From NCBI GenBank assembly GCA_036172245.1, contig JAYWIR010000023.1:124001-188000 (forward strand): a DNA stretch of 64,000 nucleotides, in the 5' to 3' direction. The position numbers and the translations under genes were made by a program. Below, piece by piece: positions 58,901-64,000 of the stretch (the stretch's first letter is position 1; the number at the start of each line of letters is the position of its first letter). The stretch is from Raillietiella orientalis (Eukaryota). A model generated the notes under the pieces. The model searched no databases. It saw only the letters and a list, made by a program, of their open reading frames with translations, and was not told the DNA's origin.

Positions 58901-61900
58901 GCTGCTTCATTGTTGCCTACCTCCCTTCTCCTCCCGCCCCTTGCACTCGTCCTGGCCGCGTCGGTCCAGGCTTCCGCGCCAGCGGGTGGGGTGCCGGGGA
59001 AACGCCGCGCCATGCTTCCTTCAGGAACCCCTCCGCTTCGTGCCGGTTTTCCCCCGACGTCCTGAACGGGAATCCATCCGATAATTCTCCCCTCCTGGAG
59101 GTGGACCCGAGCTGAGGAGTCTCTTTTCTCTCTGAAGCATTTCCTCCCAGACTCCGTGAGAACTTCCCGTGAAAGGACCTCCGACGACCTTCGTCTGTCG
59201 TCGCTGCCGAACCCGAAGCCGGTGGGATCCTCTTCCTCCCGAGAGCGAAGTTCTCCCGTCTCGAACCATGAAGAAACTGGGAGGGAAGGGGGGAGGTTGC
59301 ACCTCGTCGCTCCGGTTCCAGTCACCAAGCAGACGGGTGGTGGACGGAAACTGGAGTGCCCGGAAAATTTGCGCTCCTCTTCGAAGCCCCCGGGGATTCG
59401 ACGACTTCTAAATTCGCTTCCTTTTTGTTTCCCGGACTCCGGAGGCATCTTCCATCTGATTCCTCCTCTAAGAGACCATCTCCCGTCTAAATCTTCCCGT
59501 CTTTCCTTTATACGGACCACACTTCTTTTCTCTTTCTCTCCCTCTTTTTTTTTTTTTTCTCTCGCCCCCCTCCTGTTTTCCTCTTTCTTGCTCCCTCTTT
59601 CGACTACCCTATACAACAGCATTTAAGGAATCTGTTGGGAGTCCCTGGGGAGGCATCGTTTCTCGGTGGATGAGACGATAATCCCCTCTTTGTCAAGCTC
59701 CGGTTGAGACCCCGAGGATCCTGGAGCTGCCATTGAGTTCCACAGCTGCGCCTCTGCAACTCCGGCAGGAGAACGGCTCTCTCGCTCGTTCGGGAAGACT
59801 TCGCGCCATCGAGATGCTCTCAGACTCTCGTCGCCGAAAAGACCGACTGTCGCTGGAAATGGATGGCTTTGGAGGAACGCAGCCTCGTTCGCGGCGCGCA
59901 GGCAGTGAACGGCTCGGCTCCTTCCAGCCTCCCTTAATGCCACGGAGGAGGACGGGAATCTTCGCGGGTCTGCCTGTCCCCCTCCCCCCTTCCAGCTCCT
60001 AACCATGATGCGGAGAGACGGGAGCGAGGGGACGAACCCAGATTTATTTTCGGGATCTGGAGAAGGAATCTCTTTTCCGGCCCTGGTGCCTTCCACCCTC
60101 CCCGCCATCCCTCCACCTGCGATCTAGGTCTTCTGACGTTCCCGGGCGGACATTGGGAGAATCGGGTCGCACACCAGCTGGGGAGCATTTTTGAGGGGTT
60201 TGCCGGCCAGCCCCACGCGTGCAGGGCTTCGACTCCCCTATCCTAGTGCCACCACCACAGAGAGACGTCCTTTCCCGGACCCTGCTTGTTGCTGCCAGCA
60301 TCAGCTCTCCTCGTGAGCCCTCCTGTGCAGCCATCCGGGCTCCTCCAAATCTGTCTGGAGCGTCGCCTGGAAACGTCTCTTCCTGAGATCCTTTCGCCTT
60401 CGTCTGGTGAGTGCGAGCGAATACCCGCAAAACTCAGTGGCCTTCTCCACGGGAACCGTGCTGAAGGAACTTTGGAAGAGTCCCCCAGAGCGAAAATCGG
60501 ACTCCCACAGTTTTGCCACTTTCAATCCGTCCATCTTCCCCGTTGCCGACGCGACTATTTCCTGTTTTGAAGGTGACAGACGTGCGCGCTCAAAAAATTC
60601 CCACGAGATTCCTTGCCTACTCATGAGCTCGTGACGCAAATACGGTTTGGCATTTCCTTCCGTGCAAGGCCCGGATAATTTCTTCTTCTCTGGGCAGCGA
60701 GGACGGTCAACCTTGCAGAGGCTTCGCGATGAGCCTTCGCGCCGGTGGTCCTGGAAACCGCCTCCACCTGCCCCTCAGTCTTCGAGTGAACGCAGCCTCC
60801 GCTTCCGGATCACGTGCCCCCTTAAGGATCACACGCACGCTGGAAAGGCAAGCACCGCCGCGAAAAGAACCACGCGGACACGCCCAGCGTAGCGAGCCCC
60901 TTGGCTCTTGCGGCGGAAGTCTGCGAAGCAGTCGCTGGAAGACGGCGTTTGAGCACGGCAGGCGAACCAAAAAAAAAAACACGAGAGCAGCGTTTCTTCC
61001 GGTTCCAGGAGGATCAAAGGGTTTCTGGAACGGCCTGCTCGAAGGCATCAGGCCGTCTTCCGTCTTCCCCGCTCATTTGCTTCCGTGGTCTCTGAGATGC
61101 GGGAGTGGAGGGAATCCTGCTGATCCTACCAGCTCCGCGTTCTATTACAAGCGATGATTCTCCGTCTCTCACCATTTCTGGATCAGAGCATCAGCTAAAT
61201 CGATCGAGAATACTCGCAGTCTCATTTGGTTCCCAATTCATCCGCATCCACACCTGGACTATCGTTAGTTATGATCCTCGCTGCTGCTCCCCTCTCCGCC
61301 CTCTTCCTCCTTTCCTCTTCCTCCTCCCAGATGCTACGGCATAAATGGTTCACTTTGTCCACTGAGGATATCCTCGCCGACTGCGAAAAATTCTATCCGT
61401 CGGCCTCTTTCTTTCTCACCGGAAGATCAGGGGGCGATGGAGAGGTCTCTCTTCAAGTGGCCACCGATGCAAGTGTTCCGGTGTCTTCCCGTTCCAATAC
61501 GAAATTCTTCAGCACGTCGCGCCGGGGAACCTTCTGATTCCGTTCCACGACCTCGCGGCGGTCGCAAACTGACGCGGGTTCGGGGGTATACGGAAGCCTC
61601 GCTCCTTTTGGAAGAGGCGCTCCACGAACGGATCCTGTGACTTCACGAGCTCAGAGGAGCCAGCCTGTTCAGCTTCGCTCCCACCACTAATGGTGTGTGC
61701 GATCTTTCCTTAATGCGAATTTAATACGGAGATTAAGAAGAAACTTTCTGGAGGTGCCCAGGAGAGCATAAAGGTCCAAATGAAGGGCTGGAAGGGCACT
61801 TGAGGGAGGCGGCGGCCGATGAGTATGGCGTGCAGATGACTTGACGCCCTTGCAGTAAGTGCAAGAGGAAGTCTGGAAAAAATCGGAGGCATGCTGCCTA

Positions 61901-63770
61901 CCAGCAGCGAGGCAAGACCAAAGTGGAGCTGCAGGGGGGATGGGGGTCCGCGCGCCAAATTGACTTAGCATTTTAGAGTGTTCCGTGAAGTGTTTCTGGA
62001 ACCCTCTAGCCGTCTTTGGAGGTTTCGATGAGTGCGCAAGAGAAAAGGGAGGGAAGAAAAGAAAAAAAGAGAGAGATGTGAAGAGCAGAAACGATGAAGA
62101 GTTTCTCTTTGCTCAGACCCAAGAGGGAACTCCCCGGCTCGTGTTACTCTGGATCTGACAACTGGGGCAACACGCTCTCCGTGTAAGGGTCGCTGACAAG
62201 TGCTTCTGTCTACTGGAAGATTGATGCGCGTGTGCGGGTTGCCGGATTCGTGCACGACGTCAGTCATTGGGAGTGAAGGGAATGAATCCTGTAAAGGAGA
62301 AGGCGTCCCGGGTTCGAAGCGAAAGATGTCATTACCTCTCGGGAACGGGCCGGATCATCCGAGGGCCTCCCGTGCTCTCATCACCCCCAGACAGGAATCT
62401 GGATTTCCCTGATCCTTCTGAGAGGCTTCTCCATCTTCCTCTCCTGTCGAGAAGAAAGACCCGTCGAAAGGATCCTCATCCGGCCGCATGGGAGTGGAAC
62501 CGAGAATCTGGTTCTTCGGGTACGAAGAGCTCTTCTCGGGAGAGTTCATCGCGTTTCCGCACACACCTGCACGCCGTTTCCAAAGGCGTCTGTGCGAGAG
62601 GCGCTAAGGCACAGAAGAGCCGGAGCCCGTGACCGCCCCGCGGTCGAGCCAGAGTGCAGATTCCATTCTTCCCGGCCGCATCCTTCTGCAGGTTTCGAAC
62701 TGATGTCGCTAGCAGAAAACCCTCGAGGTCACGACCTTGAGGATTTGCTGCTTTCCCCAAAAGGTGCCTTATCGACTTGTCAATTCGTGCCTTTCCCGGC
62801 ACCCACTGAACCGTTTCTGTTTCCCCCGTTGTCAAGAGACATCGGCCTTTTTCGCTTCCCGAAGAAGGAGAGTAAACGGACAAAAACCTGAGGCCTGTGC
62901 TTGGCAACCGAAGACGGGAACTGCAGGAGCGCTAGGATGGCGTTTTTTGCTTTGCTCTTGGGCACACGACGCGCACGTTTGGGCCCTCGCAGCCCATCCC
63001 GACTTCAGACTCTGGTCTTTCGCCACCAGAAACCAAAGATATTCCATCGACGCCAGGAGCTCGCGTTCTCTCTGAAGCTTCGTCCGCTTCATCCGCCCTC
63101 CTTGGTGCACCAGGCAGCATACCCTCGATTTCCAGAGTCAGTAGTTCCAGAGGAGGCAGAACCAGCTCTTGCTTTTGCAGGCAGCAGAGGTCGGTGCAAA
63201 TCCTTGGCACTTTCGGCTGCCGCTACTGCCAATCGCGTCAATGACGGCTGTCGTTGCAGCAAAGAAGCGCCTCTAGTGGCTGCGGTCAAAACTGATCCCC
63301 GAATAAACCCAAGATAATGGGGGAAATGAGCGTAGAGAACCCGATGAGAAGTGGAGGATCCTTGAAGGTTCCCGCAGAACAGATCGCTGGATGAGATCGA
63401 TGTCTAAAACGTGCCGGCACCGTGAACACCGCGGCCGTGTTGCCATGACGTCCGTGCATCCGTGGATTCCAGAAAAGGGAAGGCTCAAGCCAGAGAGTAC
63501 ATCCGTAGGACGCACACTTGCGTCTGCTACCTGATGTCCGTTGATTAACCTCGTAGCCTCGATGCGACCTCTCTCTCGACCAGATGCCACCTCAAAGACG
63601 ACGGTCTTTGAGGTGTCCCTTCCTGTGCCCATGGGTCGTGAAAGCCTCCACATGGTGTTGTCGGGTGGCCCCAGTGGGCGAGAGTCAAATATATGCAAGC
63701 ACTGAAAGGTCAAAGGTCATACTCACTACCCTACAAACTGATATCCCGTATCAGTGCAAATGCTGCTCGG

Positions 63771-63832
63771 GGAACGAGAAGAATGGCATTTTCCAGAAGA
63801 GAACTTCAAGAAAATGCCATTCTTCTCGTTCC
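63771..63832. repeat. Perfect 23-bp inverted repeat with 16-nt spacer (hairpin)
   Basis: GGAACGAGAAGAATGGCATTTTC (63771-63793) is the exact reverse complement of 63810-63832. Confidence 0.95.
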
Positions 63833-64000
63833 GAGAGAAGAGAAAAGCGAAGAGCTGAAGAGAAAACACGGCTGCTCGAGGAAACATGGTCTGCCTACAG
63901 CTCAGGACAAAGCTGATTGTGACCTCCCTATACCCATATGTGTCAAAAAAAACAAGCACCGGAAGCAGAAAAGACGGAGAAATCATGTCCCATTCCAGGA

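Noticed and set aside
12000..64000. Many long ORFs (e.g. 13404-14387, 21205-22218, 29151-30164, 34379-35407, 45922-47013, 58561-59622)
   Set aside because: They are R/P/S/G-rich, overlap in all six frames and show no recognisable domains, as expected from stop-codon scarcity at high GC. Several lie inside Dpr introns.
1..64000. CRISPR arrays, operons, rRNA/tRNA genes, known miRNAs
   Set aside because: No regularly spaced direct repeats or recognisable RNA genes were seen by eye, and the sequence is spliceosomal-intron-containing eukaryotic DNA. A covariance-model search was not run.

Overview
Eukaryotic, most likely arthropod, genomic DNA with two spliced protein-coding genes that I could reconstruct by hand. 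The hundreds of other six-frame ORFs look like by-products of high GC. (1) A compact RRP12 ribosome-biogenesis gene on the minus strand (6792..2329; 14 coding exons, about 1239 aa). Twelve of its 13 introns are only 40-47 nt, and a CACGTG E-box lies in a putative 5' UTR exon. (2) A Dpr-family (defective proboscis extension response / ZIG-8-like) two-Ig cell-surface gene on the plus strand (28324..54127; 5 coding exons, 281 aa; signal peptide, Ig1, Ig2, GPI-type tail), with introns of 11.1, 11.5, 1.9 and 0.5 kb. It sits in a GC/CpG-rich domain of about 52 kb that appears otherwise gene-free. The first 2 kb holds decayed material: a frameshifted piggyBac transposase start, poly(T)-tailed insertions and a frameshifted Kelch-repeat fragment. 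I found no convincing new multi-gene system. The best leads are the very short intron class, a candidate in-frame 54-nt cassette exon in Dpr Ig1, a candidate secreted Dpr isoform, a minimal uORF, a 72-bp inverted repeat around the putative Dpr promoter, and a perfect 23-bp hairpin near the window end. All exon models are manual GT-AG/reading-frame reconstructions with no transcript evidence, and family assignments come from remembered motifs rather than database searches.
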